A stretch of DNA of 64,000 nucleotides from Malacoraja senta (taxonomy: Eukaryota): NCBI GenBank assembly GCA_038087875.1, contig JAXLNO010001373.1, positions 124,001-188,000 of the forward strand. Direction: 5' to 3'. The first letter of the stretch is position 1; each line of letters starts with the position of its first letter. A model generated the notes under the pieces. It did no database searches. It was not told where the DNA came from and saw only the letters and a list, made by a program, of their open reading frames with translations. The position numbers and the translations under genes were made by a program. Below are positions 60,301 through 64,000 of the stretch, piece after piece.

Positions 60301-60970
60301 GCCCTTTTTGATTTTTGCCCTGGATTTGTCTGCTGCCACTTTTACTTTTCACCTTGCTACCTATTGCTTCTACCCTCATTTTACACCCCTCTGTCTCTAT
60401 GCTCACACATTTAAGAAACCCTTTCCCTTTAACTCCATCCTCAACTATCCCATTCGACACCCCACCCCCCTTATTCAGTTTAAAACCACCCGTGTAGCAG
60501 TGGCAAACCTGCCTGCCAGAATGCTGGTCCCCCACCTGTTAAGATGCAATCCGTCCCTTTTGTACAGTACCCTTTTACTCCAAAACAGAACCCAGTGATC
60601 TAAGAATCTAAATCCCTGCCCCGTGCACCAGTTCCTCAGCCACACATTCAGGTCCCGTATCTCCCTGTTCCTGCTCTCGCCAGCACGAGGAACTGGAAGT
60701 AAACCGGAGATAACAACCCTGGAGGTCCTGCTTTCAGCATTTTTCCGAGCTCTCTAAAGTCACGCTGCAGAATATTCAGCCCCTTCTTTCGGACATCGTT
60801 TGTGCCGACATGCACTACCACTTCCGGCTGTTCACCTTCGCCCTTGAGGATTTTCTGCACTCTGTCCGTGACATCCTGGATCCTGGCACCAGGAAGGCAG
60901 CACACCATCGTCGAGTCCCGTCTGTTGCCGCAGAAACCCCTGTCTGTACCTCTCACAATGGAGTCTCCCA
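57380..60970 (-). mobile_element. Long CR1 LINE with deletions
   Basis: ORF1 GDSIVRG esterase-like segment, EN and RT pieces, (tttctatg)n tail. Confidence 0.9.
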
Positions 60971-61129
60971 CTTCAATGGCGTTGCCTGACTTTGGCCTTT
61001 TTGGTTTTGGGTCAACAGCCCTATTCGCATCGCAAGCCAGTGTTAAAACGTCTTATCCTCCCGATCCCTCAAAAGGTTGTCTACCTCCAGCTTAAGTACT
61101 TGGTCTAGCTTCTACAACTCCCTGAGGCA

Positions 61130-61370
61130 GAGTGTAGTGTCGCACCGACCAGCAATCCCTGCACATTAACACTATCCTAAATAAACTAGGGAAATTTACA
61201 CTTAAACCAAGCCTGTACGTCTTTGGAGTGTGGGAGGAAACCGAAGATCTCTGAGAAAACCCACCCGGTAACGGGGAGAATGTACAAACTCTGTACAGAC
61301 AGCACCCGCAGTCGGGATCGAACCTGGGTCTCTGGCGCTGCAAGCAATGTAAGGCAGCAATGTGCCGCCC
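61130..61370 (-). mobile_element. V-SINE-like element
   Basis: Reverse complement of gtggagtttgtacattctccccgt..gggttttc. Confidence 0.7.
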
Positions 61371-61499
61371 AATTTCAGTAATTCACTCGCTGCAAAAATT
61401 TCTACACACCTTAGTGTTTTAAATGTATTTATTGTAATATGTTCCCTCAGTCAAGATTCTCTCACAAGTGCAAACATCTAAGCATCTACCCCATCACGC

Positions 61500-62100
61500 G
61501 GGATCACCAGCTGATGTTGTAATAAAAGAGACCAGAGATGACCGATACTATATGTGGTGACTTTTAGTAGCGATCTGTATGATTGGTCAAACGGAGATTT
61601 GCCGTATGGGGGAAGCTTTAAGCTATCTCTGATAACGAAATGGATAGAGATAGTGAAAAGACACCAACCCCCAAAGGAGGAAGCAGGTGATAAACAAAGA
61701 GGGAAATAAGGGTCCTGTGCCTATAACACAAAAGCAGGTGGTAGTGTTGTTAGTTATAGTTTTACTGCTGATTATAACTTTAAGATTAAAGGACAAATAA
61801 CTCTTACATCCCTCTGGAGCAACAGCAAGGGAACGCCCAACAGGGATGGTATCCAGTCCCATACTGATACTTTTATAATCTCTAGAACGGACCCACTGCC
61901 GTTAGTGGGAAGACAGGCTCTGTGCAAACTGGGAGCGGTCTTACGCTGCACCGCAGATGGTATGTTTATGGAACTACCTCAAATTTGGACCCATCAATTG
62001 TTAATTTAATTAATAAGGATAAACAAGGGCAAAATGCACCCATCCCAAACTGTTGGCAATTGAGTAGCAATCCGTACAGTCAATTGGTCAACCGACTTCA
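61500..62100 (+). mobile_element. Retroviral gag/protease-like remnant
   Basis: PLPLVGRQALCKLG resembles the protease C-terminal LLGRDLL.KL motif. Confidence 0.45.
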
Positions 62101-64000
62101 TTGTGCTCTGCAAAGAGTGCAGGATCCAAAGGCCAGTGTTTACAGTATCTTGTCGCAACCAGCCGAGAACATAGGCGAACGCATTGCATGGCATTATATA
62201 TACGCCCCCCTAATCCCAGGTACCAGGAATTATTTTGTTGACACACCAGTCATGTTTTTGCAACTTTTTCAATTATGACTGTTATACCTGGTGTATACCA
62301 TTGCTGGAACAATGCGTATGCCATCCCCCCCTTTTCCATGTGAGCCATCAGGGTGGACCCAGACTCCAGAAATTATTTTCCTGGTGTGATGCTAGGGTCT
62401 CGGCATCCTGTAACTGGGCTACATCAATGCTAACCGGGAGCTTTCTTTGTGCAGCAGACTCAATTTTAGCTGCTTGTAATTGCTGGGTTTGCCTGAGGGC
62501 AACCTGTTTGGCGACATAATTAGCTGACCTGTTTCCATTGGATACATCATCGTCCGATGATGTATAAGCCTCGCATTTAATGAATGTGATCTGCTGTGGC
62601 AATTGGATCGTATCCAGTAAATTTAAGACAAGTTTATTATGTTTAATGGTCTTTCCCGTTGATGTAATGAATCCTCTATTTTCCCATAACTATCCAAAGT
62701 CATGTACAACCCCAAACGCAAAGCGAGAATCGGTGTAGATATTAGCACTTTTATCTTTTGCCAATATTCAACTGATGGATAACTCCACCCAGCAAGTGGA
62801 CTGGATTGTAATGGAGAAAGAGGATTGCTCCTCTAGAAACATTGGAGCGATCCTCCTCTCTCCAATGAAACTGAATAACATAAATTATAATAAGAACCCA
62901 ATTATTCATAGTACAATCCGAATTTGGAAACAAATAAAACAAAATTTAAAATTAAGAAATGTATCTCTTTTATTACCTATAGTCAATAACCCTTCGTTTA
63001 ATCCTTCTATTATAGATAAAGCTTATACACAATGGGATAGATTAGGAATTAAAATGCTTGGTGACTTGTATGAAACTGGAAAATTACTTTCATTTCAACA
63101 ATTACAAATAAAATATAAACTCGGAAATAATCAATATTTTAAATATTTTCAAATATGCGACTATTTGAAAAAATATACAAAAGATCATTATAATATCCCA
63201 GTAGATGTATTGGATGAGGCAATGCAGATAAAGCGGAATCAGCAAACTTAATATCATATTTGTATAATATTATCTTAAATGTACAAATACCACCTACGGA
63301 GGGTATCAGAAGAGACTGGGAACAAGAGTTAGCTATTAAAATTTCAAAGGAAAGTTGGAATGAATACTTATTAAATGTGCATAAATGCTCGATTAATGTA
63401 AGACACACTTTAATACAATTTAAAATTTTACATAGATTATATTATTCGAAAACTAAAATTCATAAAATTTTCCCAAATGTATCATCTATTTGTGATAAAT
63501 GTCAATCCCAAGATGATAGTTGAAGAGTTGGTATGTCCCATTTACGTAATGCTCATAAAAATATTTGTTTCTCTCTTTTTCCTCTTTTTCTCTCTCTTTC
63601 TTTCCTAGGGTCTATTTCTTAACTCTTTTTCTTTTGTTTTTAATTTTGCTCTTATAGGGTCTTCGTCCTTTTTTGTTGTCACATTTCCTACACTTTCACT
63701 TTTTCCTTCACTTTCTTCTTTCTTTCAATCTTTTCCTTTTCTAGTGTAAAAAATAAATGGAGTACATTAATTGTAAGAAGATATAAATGACGAGTACTAA
63801 TGTATGTGGTTGTAATGTAATGTACTTCTAATAAATAAAAATAAAAAAATAAAAAAAAAATCTTTTGCCAATATACAGATACGAGCCAGGGCATACAGCT
63901 CAGCTGTCTGAGCAGACGTTCCAGATGGTAAAGCATATGCCTCCATCACTTGGTGTGGTGCAATCACTGCATAGCCTGCTAATAATCTGTCATTGCTAGG
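62100..64000 (-). mobile_element. pol: ERV pol remnant (RNase H into integrase), split by L1
   Basis: AGYAV..SAQTAELYAL..ANIYTDSRFAFGVVHDFG..RGFITSTG..GNRSAN reads contiguously across the L1. Confidence 0.85.
62768..63860 (+). mobile_element. 5'-truncated L1, same family as 9433-15746
   Basis: 14-bp TSD tcttttgccaatat, polyA, near-identical 3' ORF2 and UTR. Confidence 0.92.

Overview
This is repeat-dense vertebrate genomic DNA, most likely from a cartilaginous fish (inferred from the shark/skate-type CR1 tails, V-SINEs and Penelope repeats). About 80% is nested mobile elements: L2, CR1, a full-length L1, Rex1/Babar, a deleted Gypsy, an epsilon/gamma-like ERV with env, Helitrons, a THAP fold-back element and satellites. 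The host content is a minus-strand immune-receptor locus. It has four intact single-exon Ig V domains, each with a germline-fused J-like strand (G-x-G-T/S-Q-L-x-V-T) and phase-1 splice sites, plus a fifth copy broken by a CR1 insertion. These are followed by an uncharged transmembrane exon and a probable cytoplasmic exon. I see no C1 exon and no complete RSS, so this reads as a non-rearranging, multi-VJ, antigen-receptor-like membrane receptor. Whether it is one gene or several, and whether it is still expressed, cannot be settled from the sequence. Its only candidate leader exon is degenerate.
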